From assembly GCA_918797485.1 (NCBI GenBank), contig CAKKNE010000002.1, positions 1,488,001 to 1,552,000 of the forward strand: 64,000 bases of DNA. The letters run 5' to 3'. The notes below the pieces were generated by a model. It did not search any database and was not told where the DNA came from. It saw only the letters and a program-made list of their open reading frames with translations. The translations under genes were made by a program, and so were the position numbers. Of this stretch, positions 8,324 through 20,800 are shown piece by piece; positions within the stretch are counted from its first letter, which is position 1, and each line of letters opens with the position of its first letter. This DNA is from Pelagomonas calceolata (lineage: Eukaryota).

Positions 8324-9935
8324 TTAGGGCCTCCACCGCGTATCGTCTTCCACAGCATCAGTGTCGCGGCGACGTTCGGGCGCCGGCGGACCGCGCGGTG
8401 GCGGCCCGCGCGGTGGCGGGCGGTAGCGCGACGGCGGCGAGCGGCGTGGCGGAGAGCGACTCCGGCGCCATCGCGGCGGCGAGCGGCGTGGCGGTGAACG
8501 GTCGCGCCATCGTCGCGGCGACGGACTCCGGCGGCGCCGCGGCGAGCCGCGTGGCGGCGAGCGGCCGCGGTCGCGCCATCGCGGCGACGGACTGCGGCGG
8601 CGCGGCGGAGGCGGCCGCGCGGGGCGATACTCGCGGCTCCGGTCGCGGCTCAGGGGCCGGAAGCGGCGCGGCGACCGCGAGCGGGGCGGCGGCGCACGGG
8701 GCGGCGGTGCGCGGCCTCGGCTCCGCGAACGTGACCGCGCCCGTGGCGGCGGCCCACGGCCTCGACTCCGCGAGCGCGAACGGTCTCGGGAGCGGGGCGG
8801 CGGCGCGCGGCCTCGGCTCCGCGAGCGCGAGCGGGACCGCGCGCGGGGCGGCCGGTCGCGCGAGCGGGAACGGGACCGCGGCGCCGCGCGGTCGCGCTTG
8901 CGGCTGCGCGAGCGGCGCCGGTCGCGGCGGCGGCTCCGCGAGCGCTTTTTTTTGGCCTCCTCGGGGAAGCGGAGCATCCCGAGCTTCGCCATCGCCGTCG
9001 CCCCGTCGGAGAATTTAATCTTGAACCGCGGCAGCGTGCCCTCGGGCGCGCCGTCGTAGGGCGGCTCGACCTCCTCGATGACCCCGTCGGCGCGCCAGAC
9101 GATCGCGTCCTCCTCGCCGTCGTCCTCGCCGTAAAAGTCCCGCGCGCAGCACAGAAAGCCCGAGGCCCCGACCGCCAAGGTGCTGAGCCTGGGCTTGTTC
9201 ACCACGGCACGCTTCGCCACGTCGTCGTGCGCGGCCAGGTGCACGGAAAAGCGGTACTCGAGGATCGGCCCGACGGGCGGCAGCGGCGTCCCGTACAGGT
9301 CCAGCTCCGCCACGGTGAGCAGCCGCCGCGCGAAGGCGCCGACCGTCGTCGTGTGCATCTGCTGGATGCCGGGGCTGAACTCCTCGAGGTCGTCGCAGTA
9401 CTCGCCGAGCCACTTCCAGTAGATACTGGGGTCGCCGCCTACGTGTATAGACATGAGAATTGCGACAAGGATTTGCGACGCCGGGGGCCGGGGTGCCGTA
9501 TCGGACGTAGAGCATGCCCATGACCCGTAGATACGTCGAGTCGGGGTGGTCGAGCAGTTCCCTAACCTGGTCCTCCGTCAGCCGCAGATGGAAGAGCTTC
9601 AATAATAAACAAAAGGCCGACGACGGCTGCTTCTGGAGCGATCTTTTGGTGGAGGCGCCGCGATGCGTGAAGGGCTCGACGTACGTGACCTTCTCATATA
9701 TCAAATCCACGACCTTGTCGAAGGTCTTGAACACATACAAGCATTTGAAGTACTCGCTCTGCGTGATCTTCGCGTGGAGCGCGGCGTCGAGGTTGAAGAT
9801 CGTCGGGTTCACGCCGCCGATCTGAAAAAGTTTCTTGCCCTCGAGGCCGGGCTGCGCGACGTTCTTCGGCAGGCGGTCGCTGTAGACGCGCGGTCGCACC
9901 GCCACGCCGAGCTTGCCCGTGTCGGCGAAGCCCAT
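8324..9935 (-). CDS. PRPF38B: Pre-mRNA splicing factor PRP38 family (PRPF38B-like) with a C-terminal RS/RP-rich domain; 2 exons
   Basis: Prp38 motifs FNL...ITQSEYFK, VVDLIYEKVTYVEP, PSSAFCLLLKL, LLDHPDSTYLRVMGMLYVRY, TTVGAFARRLL and YGTPLP, followed by a long RSRS tail. A probable GC-AG intron at 9439-9496 joins the two ORFs. ATG at 9935. Confidence 0.85.
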
Positions 9936-10404
9936 TGGTCGCTGCCTCTTTTGCCCTTTCGCTCGCAGAGGCTGAATGTCCGGGGCGCCGCGTGCCGATG
10001 CCCTGCTTTGCCCTTTTTTGTTTGCAGGCCTTGCAGAGGCTTTTGTGAGGTACGAGGCTGCTCCAAACACTTTGGGCCTCCGAGATATGATGTGTGGTCG
10101 GTGCGCCGGCGGTTATTTCTGCTGCAGCGCGCGTCAAGTCCCTGCCATCCAAGTTTAATAATAGCGGCTAGCGGCCTGTAACACACTAGAAAGAATCTGC
10201 AAGGGGTCGGCCGTGCCACAGCGTCTACGCTCGTAGAGCTGATACCCAGGTTGTCAGACGCGTTATTGTGAAGTATTAGTATCACAGCCCAGCAGTTCTA
10301 TCGGTTTGCTCACGCGCAGCCTGAGCTTAGGTCGCACCAGACCACACACACCACAGGGTCACTGCCCAGGGTCACTGCCAGCCACTGCTGTTGATACAAA
10401 AAGT

Positions 10405-11725
10405 ATGGAGACCCCCCTCGACCCGGACATCGTACAACATGCCATGAAGGTCGAGCGCACGGCGGCAGCGCAGGGAAACGAGCCGCAGGCCTACACGCCC
10501 GCCACGGAGCTGAAAAGTCTGAAACCGTGGACGATGCTCGCGCTTGCGGCGCTCGGAGCCGTCATCATTTCGCTCTGGACCTGGCACTGGCAGATGGCGA
10601 TGACGGCGATCCTCCTCGTCTCCCTCACGTTGGGCCCACTGCTCCGCTGGTGGACGCTCCACCGCGCGACGTGTCCGCTGGACCACGTCCTCATGTCGTT
10701 CCTCGGAGGTCTGTTCCTCCTCTCGACGGTCGCCACGATCATGGGCCTGACCTTCGGCATTCTCGCCGCGCTGATCGTGTCGCCGATCAGCATGCTCGCG
10801 GGGTCGGCGGCCTGGCGGCTGGCGGTCATATGCGACGGGATCGCGCGCTGGAGCGCTTTTTGTTTTGTGGAGGAGATGTGGCTCCTCGGCGCGCTGCGGT
10901 GGTTCCGGCGGAAACGCCAGCATCGCTTCGTCGAGAATAGTAATAGAGCTCAACGGGCCTTTGCGTTGTACGGCGCCGCTTCAGCCGTGGGCTATGCATG
11001 TGCGCAATGCATACTGCTGGCATGCGTTGTGACGGTGCGCATCCGTGCACAAAATTATCTCGGCGTTTCACTGTCTTCACGCCATCGACGCCACGACTCA
11101 CTTGATTTGACCACAGGCGCACATGGACGGCCACACGGTCTTCGAGCGCGGCCACGCCGACGAGGGCGTCGTCACGGCGTCGGAGACGGGAGGTTTACTC
11201 TTCCTCTCACTTTGCTTCGCGTGGTTCTTGCTCCCGCTGCGCCTCCTCGCGAGCCATCTCAACGCGCTGGACTTGGAGCGCTACCCGGACCTCGGCGCGG
11301 ACAACAACCTTTGCATCCCGCTCGGCGCGACTATTGAAGGTGAGGAAGCACCCGTGGGCCTCGCGTGCTCGAAGCGCCTCGCGCACATGTGGGAGGTCGT
11401 CAAGTGGCCCTGGGCCCTTAGGGCGGCGCACTACATCCAATTTACGACTTTCTTCTGGTTGCTCGGTGTGCCCATTACTTTGATGAACATAATCGCTTGG
11501 CTTGTGGTGACCTTCATAGTCTGGGTCGGCATCATGTACGTCGCGCTCTGGCACATCGGCGTCGTGGAACGGGCGCTCGGCCAGAACGGCGCCGCGGTCT
11601 TCTCCGCGAACGACGACGTCACGATGCGCTCGCTCTACGGCTTCGCTCTCTTGGACGACGAGGAGCCGGACCGCATCGCGCACGCGGGATCTCTCGCGCC
11701 GGACGACAACGGCGCCATGATCTGA
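10405..11725 (+). CDS. Multi-pass membrane protein, weakly PrsW-like intramembrane protease family; 2 exons
   Basis: Exons 10405-11034 and 11117-11725 (GT-AG, phase 0). Many hydrophobic helices. FVEEMW and YGAASAVGYA resemble the PrsW EE and GxxxGxGFA motifs; the family call is tentative. Confidence 0.7.
11035..11124 (+). mobile_element. Decayed introner-type intron (11035-11116)
   Basis: Imperfect TSD GTGCGCAT/GCGCACAT (6/8), degenerate TIR CCGTGCACAAA...TTTGACCACAG, and the internal CATCGACGC motif shared with the 3639 element. Confidence 0.6.
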
Positions 11726-11801
11726 CCTCTCCCAATACTCCTCCCCCCCACTGTCTGAACAATCGTACGCGTAGTATATGATAAGAAACAATTACATGTC
11801 T

Positions 11802-14800
11802 TCAGAGGGGTTGGACGCGTCCCCCGCGCACGGGCGGCAGCTCGGCCCGCGGCTTCTGGACGTCGTCGCCCGTCGGCGAGAGTAGTCGTCGTGTCGTCCG
11901 CGAGCGCTTGACGCGACGCCGTAGTGGTCGACCGCTGCGCCACCGCTCCAGGAGGTCGTCCGCGCCGGTCACCTCCGCCGCCAGCTCCATCTCGTCGCGG
12001 TAGTCGAGCTGCTCCAGCTTCTTGTGCGCCGCGTCGGGCCCGTCCCGCCGCGACACGGCCAGCGCGCAGAGCGCGGCCCCGGGGCTCACCTCGCCCGCGG
12101 CCGCGCACTCGACGACGACGTCGTCGGACTCCGCCGGGTCGTGCGCCGCGAGCCACTTGCCCGCGGCGCCCTCCAAACTCTCGCGGAACGACGCGCAGTC
12201 GTAGCGCAGGTGGTCGCCGCGCAGCGCGAAGCGCACCTTGGCGCCGCACGGGCACTTCCAGACGCGCGGCCGCTTATCTCCTCTTGAAGCCGAGTAGGCG
12301 TCGGGCCGGGGCCAGGCCTCCGCGGCCTGCGCCGCCGGCGCCAAATTCAATCTCAAATTCCCCAACGCGAGCGGCGCGATCTTGACCCACGGGTCCGTGC
12401 CCGGGGGCAGCCGCGCGAGCTCCTCCTCCAACGCTCTCTTCCGCGCCTCGGCCTCCAAACGCAGCCGTCTTCTATTAGCTCGGGCCTTGGCGCCGCGGCC
12501 CGGCGTGTAGATCGGCTCGTCCTCCTCCGACGACACCTCGCGTTTGGAGGGAGTCACCTCGATGACGTCGTCGATCGTCGGGTCGCGCCTCGCGGCCTCC
12601 TCGGCGAGCTCCACGCGGATCTTCCGCGCGCGCGCGTCCACGCGATCAATCAACATCTGGAGCGCGGTCCTTTTGGGCGTCGGCGGCTCCTTGACCTCCG
12701 GCTGGAACGTGGCCATGTAGGCCGCGTCGGCGTCCTGCAAATCCTCCTCCTGTTTACGCTCCTCCTCGAAGGTCGCCGACGGCCCGGCCTGCTTGTTCAG
12801 GACCGCCCTTGCCAACATCGGCACGACGCCCTTGCTCATGAAGATCGAGATCGTGTTGCTGATGAACAGCGCGAGCACGATCGACAGTAAAGCCGCCTCG
12901 AGCCAGGCCATGCTGCCTTTATTGCCGCCGCTGGGCCCGCAGTAATGCGCCAACGTGTGCGGGCAGGTCTCGGGCGCGACGGGGCAGCTCACGGGGCAGG
13001 GCACGTCGCCCCGCTTCCTCTTGGGCAGGGCCAGGCATCGCTGCTGCTCCTCGAGACACAAATCCGGGTCGCAGGGCGCGAAGGCCAGATCGTCCTCGGC
13101 TGGCTTTCGGCACAAGTTCTCGTCGATGGCCCAGGTCGTGTTCGCCCATCTCGGCAACTTTGTTGAAGGATCGTGGAACATGTCGTTGTGCCGCTCGCAG
13201 CCGCCGCACTTGTTGATCTGGATCGTGAAGAGAAACACGTACAGCGCGCAGCCCAATATCACGAGCAACGCCAGCACATAAATCGGTGCGTTCAAATGCG
13301 GCGACCAGCCCGCCGAAGTGTGGTCCTTGACGGCGTCCTTCATCGGCGACACGAACTGTTGATACAGAAGTCTTGCTAATTTAGGCAGCTTTTTTAATTC
13401 TTCGTCCTCGGCTTCGATCAGAGCCCGCTCATCCAGTGTTAAACAGTGCACGGGCGGCGGTTTGGGCGGCAAGACTTTGTGTTTGACCTTCTGCCACAAT
13501 GTGGAAGGTGGTTCGAGCGTCGCCTTGTGGGCCCGGTCCCTTCTCTCTTTACACTCCTTCGAGAAGTTCTTAAACGCGAGCTCCGCTCTTTTTAATTCGC
13601 CCTCGCACCGTTTGACCTCCTCCGCCGCGCTCGCTCTTTTCGAGACGCACAACTGACTAAACTCGTGGTGCTCCTGCGACGTTAATGCTCGAGCCTCCCC
13701 CAAATCACCGTCCTTCGCGAAGTGGTGCAGCCGCTGCAATTCCTCGGCCAGGTCGTGGAAGACGGCCTTCTGGGCGTCGCGCGCGTGATCCAAGGCCGCG
13801 AGCGCATCTAGCACACGTCGCCGCTTCCGCACCCTTACCCTATTCTCCCGCGCTAGGTTGCCCGGATCTACTCCCAAAAAGTGGTCCACGTCGCTATTTT
13901 TTTCGCCCGTCTTCGAAAATAAAAACGCAAATCCTAAGTAGAAGAACGTCGAGAACATGGCCGCGATGGACGAGTATGCCACTTTTGCCACGTGCGTCGT
14001 GGGTCGGTGCGGGGCGTTATGAATCGAGGCCTCCGTCCCTCCAATGGTAAAGGGCGGGGCGACGGATAGGAACAACGCGTTCGCCGCCAGCGTCGCAAAA
14101 ATCAACACGGCGAGCACCGTGACGCGCTCCGCGCGCGTGTAGTTCCCGTCCGGCAGGTGGAAGATCTGCAATATTTTGTGCTCGCGGCGCATCGCCGTCA
14201 CGAAACCGTGTAAAGCGGTCGCCGCGTACCGTTTGACGGGCATGGCCTGCCGCGCGTAGGCCTTGAAGACGGACGGCGTCAGCAGCCACGGCCGGCGCTC
14301 CTTCGTCCGAAAGGCCGCGGCGAGCGCGACGCGTTCTGTGGTGCGCGATATCTTGGTCGGCTCCTTCTTGACCGTGTCGCCCGGCAGGACCGCCTCGCGC
14401 AGCGCGTGCCGGTCCCGCTCGTCGGCCTTGTCGTCCATGACGCCGCGCGCCCAGAGCGCCGCGAAGAGAGCCAGCGCCAATAATAAGGTGATGAGCACCG
14501 TCAGGGAGTTCAATAAATCGGTAAGCGACAGGGCCAGGCCCATCTCGACGACGGACCCGGCCGTCGAGCCGACGTCGCCCGTCGCGCCGGCAAAGTCCGT
14601 CAAGTGCGTGCACTCGCACATTATCGACGAATTCGTGTAGCTCGCCACGGTACAACCGTCGCCGGCCCAGTCACTCACGTTCGCGTCCCAGAACTTGCAC
14701 TCGGGCACGCGCCCGGGGCACGTCACCGTGACGGCCAGCGGCTCGCCCTCGCCCGTCACCTTCGGCGCGTAGAACGTGCGGTTCGAGCCCTCGGGGTGCA

Positions 14801-17800
14801 GCTCGTCGGGCGGGAACTCGATGAACTGGGGCAGCGAGCAGTTGAACTCCACGACCGAGGAGTTGCAGTCGAGTTTCAAGATCTGCGACGAGTTGAGGCA
14901 CTTCCCGTGCCGCACGTTGTCTTCTTTCGTCGTGCTATTGCCATTGGACGTGGCGTCGGTCGCCTCGCACATGCCCGAATCGCCGCAGGCGACGCACCGG
15001 TCGCCGTCCCTATAATAACCCGGCGCCTTCGAGCCGTCGGGGCGCTCGACGAACGCCGCGCACGCCGTCAGCAGCGGATCTGCAGTTTCAAGCTTGATCT
15101 CGAGGACGATGGGCTCCTCGAGGCCCTCGACCTTCACCGTCTTCCCGGAAGCGCCCATCTCGATCTGCACCAGGTCCGAGTTCGTCCGGTCCGCGTCCGA
15201 CGCGTAGACGTTCTTCATCTGCGCGACCTTCACGTCGACGTCGGCGATGTCGCCGTCCTGGAGCCGTCTCCTCGCTCGTCCGCGCCGCCTCTGGGCCTCA
15301 TCACACGAACCGCCGCCCGCGGCGTCCATCGCGCTGCTCGGCATGCCCGTGACGCCGCCCTTGCCCGCGCCGAGCCCGAACCCGCCACCGAAGACGTCGC
15401 GCGTGCCGCAGTCCGTCCGCGACGCGCTCAGCTCCAAATTCGGCGTCGACAGCGGGAAGCTCTGGCCGCCGAAGGCGTTCGCGACCATGCCCGTCGCGAG
15501 CGCGCCGACGGTGCCGGCCATCTGGCCGCCCAGGGCCGCCTTGCTCGCCGCGGCGTCCTCGCCCGCGCCCTCGGCGGGAGCGGAGAAGAGCGACGCGTCC
15601 AGCAGCGACGACACGGCCGCCGCCGTCGACGCGGCGGCGTCGGGGTCGATGCCGGTCTCGGCCGAGCCGCCGACGACGTTGTCCAGCAGGTCGAGGGCGC
15701 CCGTCTGGGAGTCCTCGCTGAGGGCCTCGGGGTTCGCGCTCAGCGTCGACACCGTGCTCAACACCTGGGTCGTCGCCGCGGCGGACGTCCCCGTGCCCAC
15801 GAGGCTCGCCGCGCTCAGCGTCGCCGCGAACAGGTTGTCGATGAGCGCCGTCTCCGCCGCGAGCTCCTCGGGCGTCTTCTCGACCTCGGTCCCGTTGACC
15901 GACTTGGGAGTCGTACCGAGCACGCTCGCCACGTTCGAGATGAGCGAGAGCGACGCCTCGCCGTCGGACGTGTCGAGCGACGAGCTCAGCAAGTCGTCGG
16001 CGAGCTCCGTGAGGTCTTCCGTGGAGATGACGAGCTCGTCGACGCGCGCCGGCTGCTGGACTTCGGCGTAGGACAGGTAGCGGTCGAAGGTGCGACCGAC
16101 GCACGAGATGTTGACGTTTTTGGCCTGCGGCAGCGTCGTGACGAACCACGCGGAGGCGTACTGGTCCGCGACGAGGGGCACGAGCTGCTCGGGCTTGTAG
16201 CCGCTCGCCGTGCGCATCGTCCGGCGCTGCTGGCGGTACCCGTACGTGTAGGTCAGCGGGTAGTCGTCCGCGTCGTCGGACCAGCCGTCCAACAGAAACT
16301 CGAACTCCGTCGTGAGCGCCATGCCCCGGTAGGGCGTCACGGCCAGCGTGCCCGACGTCGGCGGGCCGTTCGTCGTCAGCGAGACGACGGTCGACGACGT
16401 GGACCCGATGCCGTCCGTGACCGTGAGCTTGAGCCGGTAGACGGTGTTCGCGCGCGTCGCCCCGAGCTGGACGAGCATGGGCGACGCCGCGTCCGCGGCC
16501 TTGCCCAGCAGGCAGCCCTCGTCCTCGGGCAGGCAGGCCGCGGCGCCCTCGACCTCCCAGGCCGAGTCGCAGCAGGACCGGCCGGGGTCGGGCGACGTCG
16601 CCTCGAAGTAGATCGCGGCGAAGGTGTCCGCCGTGGGGTTGTACTTGAGGCCCTCGTCGAAGTCCGTGACCGTCGCGCGCGGCATGAAGCGGTCCGACGA
16701 CACCTTCACGAGGATGGCGTAGGCCGCGCTCCGCGCGCCGCGCGAGACGGTCAGCGCGAACTCGTAGGTCGTGTCGCCGAGCCAGCCACCCGTCGTGTCC
16801 GGCACGAAGGCGAGGATCGCGGACGTCGCGTCGACGGCGCCCAGCAGGGCCGGCGCGTCCTCGCGGCTCCCGTCGTCCAGGACGCGCGCGACGGTCCACG
16901 CGTAGGCGAGGGGCCCCTCGGCCTCGTTCTCGTCGGGGTCGTAAGACTCGGAGCCGTCGAGCTCCACGTCGTCGCCGATCGCCACGGCCTGCTCGACGCC
17001 GCCCAGGATCGAGGCCACGAGGTCCTGCGCGCCGACGACGACCGTCGCCGTCGCGGAGGTGTTGATGGTCATCGTGTCCGCGAAACCCACGGTCGCGCGG
17101 AACATGTAGGTCGCGCCCGCGCGCAGCGTGTCGACGGGCAGGCGGCAGGACACGGGGTTCGCCGTGTACTCCGCCACGGCCGCGCGCGAGAGCTCGGGCG
17201 ACGCGTCGCCCCACTCGGCGCCCTCGAGGCGCCAGGCGCGCCAGGCGAAGCCCAGCGTGGCGCTCGACACGTTCATGTCCGTGCAGGTCAGGTTCGGCAG
17301 GGCCACGTCGAGCTTGAGCGTCTTGGGGTCGGACCGGACCATGGTCTGCGTCGCCGCGCCCTGGAACTGGACGCCCGGCGACGGCGAGGCGAGCTTGTCG
17401 ACGGTCGCGTAGGCCGTCGTCGTCACGCCCAGGAAGTTCGTCGCGGCGATGAGGAACTCGTAGGGGCGGCCCGCGAGGAGGTCGTCGAAGCCGAGCTCCA
17501 CGTTCACGACGCCCGCGGCGTCGGCGGCCGCGAGCTTGGCCTCGAGCGACGCCACGCTGGTGAGGTCGGCCTCGGTCTCGGCGTCCCAGTTCGTCAGCAC
17601 GCCCCAGTTGTACGTCAGCTCGCGGGACCCGCCGCCCGTGGCGCCGCGCGCGTCGAGGACGACGCCGTCGCAGACGCCGACGCTCTCCGGCGCCGTGATC
17701 GAGATCGCCGGCGCCACGGGGTGCAGGGGCGTCTGCGCCTCGGCGTACTGCGCCGCCGCGAACAGCGTCGCGCCGGCGAGGTCCGTCTGCAGCACGCCGC

Positions 17801-20800
17801 CCTTGAGCCACACGCTGTTGAGGTCCGTCGCGTTCGTGTAGTCGAAGGGGATCAGGGCCGCGCCGGCCGTGAAGGTGACGCGCAGCGCGCTCGAGTTGCG
17901 CCACTGGCACGCCGCGCCGGGGCCGAACGCCGGCTCCGCGTACTCGAAGAGCGTGGCGCAATCAACGTCCCACGCGCCGTCGACCATGTTCGTCGGGCTG
18001 TCGAAGCGCACGTCCACGCCGTTGCCGCCGTCCAGGAACCGCACGAGCTCCAGCTTGGGCGGCGGCACGCTGTCGGCCGAGAACTCGACGGCGATCTCGA
18101 CGTCGGAGACGGCGAGGCCGTCGAAGAAGGCGTCCTCGGACGACAGGGAGTGCGTGAGCGTGGCCATCCGGCTCCGCGTGTCGCTCGCGTTGCGCAGCGA
18201 CGCGTTCACGGCCACGAGGTTCGGCTCCCAGTCGTCCGGCGAGAACACGAGCTGCCGGGGGAAGACGTAGACGTACGGGTCGGCGCAGCCGAGCGTCACG
18301 ACGACGTCGGCCGTCGGCGGCGCGGACAGCGTGATGCTGTAGCCGTCGCTGAACGTCGGGCCGTCGACGCCGGCCCCGACCGTCAGCGTCTTGCCGCTCA
18401 CGGTGGCGAAGGCGACGTCGTCCTCCAGCACGACGCTCGTCAGCGTCGCCGAGGTCACGCCGTCGTAGTTCGTGTCGTTGGACGTCGCCACGACGGTCAC
18501 CTGGTAGTTCCGGTTGCCCTCCAGCACGTTGTCGTCGGCCACGTGCAGCGAGAGCAGCCGCGTCGCCGCCCAGTCCTCCGGCTGGATCGTGAGCGAGGCG
18601 TTCGCCACGCCGTCGAACTCGATGCTCTCGAACGCGTCGACGTCGCCCCGGACGGCGAGCCGCACCGGCGCGAAGGGCATGCTCGTGAGCGCCAGGGTGT
18701 AGACGTACGTGGCGGCGTTCTCGTCCCGTTTCAGGGGCACGTTGCCGCTCGTCACGGGCGGGATCTTCGAGAGGAACTTTCCGGCGCTGATGAGCGACTC
18801 GTCGACGTCGATGACGTCCACGCCGAACGTCTCCAGGAAGCGGCAGCACGCGTAGTTCGGGTCGATCGAGTCCAGGGACACGTCCACGGACTGCGAGAAC
18901 GACGCGCCGTTGTTGATGCGGTCCCGGAGCGCGCCGACCATGACCTTGAGCGTCGTGGTGCCCGCGGGGATGATCTTGGTCGCCGAGGCGCTGCCCGGGT
19001 CCGACGCCAGCGCGTAGCCCGGGTCCGCCGGGTCCTCGTCGTAGAAGCGGAGCGCGTTCGACGCGGCGCCGTAGGCGCGCAGCTTCACCTCCACGTCCTC
19101 GCGCGGCACGGACTCCGCCGCGAGCTCGACGAGCAGCGGCTTGACGACGAGCTTCACGTCGAGGCTCACGCTCGCCTCGGCGAAGTCCGCGGGCGGCACG
19201 ACCTCGAAGCCGGCGAGGCGGTAGCCCGCCGTCGTCGGCGCGAGCGACGGCACCGGCGAGGGCTCGAGGGTCCGGAAGAGCAGGACCTCGCCGACGGCGA
19301 CGACGCGCCCGCCGATGCCGCGCGCCGCGAGGGCCTTGGAGAAGTTGCCGGCCTCGACGCTCTTGACGACGCAGGCCTCGACCTCGTCGGCGAACGCCTG
19401 GCCGCCGCGGTCCTGGAAGCCCGCGTCCACGTCCGCGTAGGCGAGGCGCACCTCGTAGACGAGGTCCTTGCGGGCGACGGCCGTCGGCGCGAACGTGGCC
19501 GAGGGCGCGGCCGAGGGCGTGGTCGTCGGGACCGCCGACGTCGGCGCCGGGGCGGGCGCGGCCGTCGACGGCGCCGGCGTCGGCCGGGCCGTCGTCGGCG
19601 CGGGCGCCGGCCGGGCCGTCGGCGCGGGCGCGGGCGCGGGCGTGGCCGGGGCCGCGTCCTCGAGGCGCCGCGCGGCGGCGCCCTCCGCGGCGGCGCCGTC
19701 CGCGGCGGCGCAGTCGGCGACCCGCACGTCGACGCCCGGGACGCACATGGCCCCGGCCAGGGCCGCGGCGTAGCCCGCGAGGAAGGCCGGGTCGGCGCAC
19801 GCGCCGGGCAGCGCCTCGACGCCGAGCGTGCCGGCGGCCGCGATGAGCAGCTGCGTCGGCGCGAACGTCGTCGGCGTCGCGGTCGGCTCCGGCGTCGCCG
19901 GCGTCGGGGCGGCCGTCGGGGGCGCCGACGGCCGCGACGTGGGCACGGCCGTCGTCGGCACGGGCGACGGCAGCTCCGTCGGCGCGCTCGTCGGCGCGCC
20001 GGTCGGCGGCGACGTCGGCAGCCCGGTCGGCGGCCACGTCTCGTAGGTCGGCGCCACGGTCGGGAACGGCGAGACCGACGGCGCGCTCGTCGTCGGCATC
20101 GGCGACGGCACGGGCGTCGGCGCGCCCGTGGGCGCGCCCGTGGGCGCGGCCGTCGGGAGGCTCGTGGGCGCGGACGTCGGGGGGGCCGTGGGGAGCGACG
20201 AGGGCACCGGACTCGGCGGAGCCGTCGGCGTCGACGTCGGCGGCGTCGTCGGGACGCTCGTCGGCGCGGCCGACGGCGCCGAGCTCGGCAGGGGCGTCGG
20301 GAGCGCGGTCGGCGGACTGGTCGGCACGGCCGTCGGCGGCGGGCTGATGATGCCGTAGAGCACGCCGACCTGCCAGGCGTCCAGCGCGTCCTCGTAGACG
20401 TACACCTCGTCCACGGCGCCCCGGAGCGTGTGGGAGCCCTGGACGTCGGCGCCGATGTACAGCGGCGAGCCGAGGCTCGTGTTGACGGTCGCCTTCCAGG
20501 TCTTCTCGAGGACGCCGTCCACGTAGAAGGTCACGTTCCTCGACCGGCCTTTCTCTTTCGGGACCGCGGCGTACGTCACGCAGTAGTGGTGCCACGTCTG
20601 CTCCCAGAGCCCATGCCACTTGGGCTGCACCGCGGTGGTGCCGCCGCCACCGCTGGCACCGTTTTCAGCGTTTTCACCGTTTTCACCGTCGAGCGTGAGA
20701 CGACGCGTGCGTCGAGAGTTCGTCGAAGAGCCATAGCTGTACGAATAGCTGCCGCCGTGCGAGTGGCTCTTCTCGTACGAAAAGGAGTAGCTCTTCGCGC

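Noticed and set aside
8340..8950. Low-complexity GC-rich repeats and a plus-strand Ala/Gly/Ser ORF
   Set aside because: Explained by the RS/RP tail of the PRP38 gene on the minus strand.
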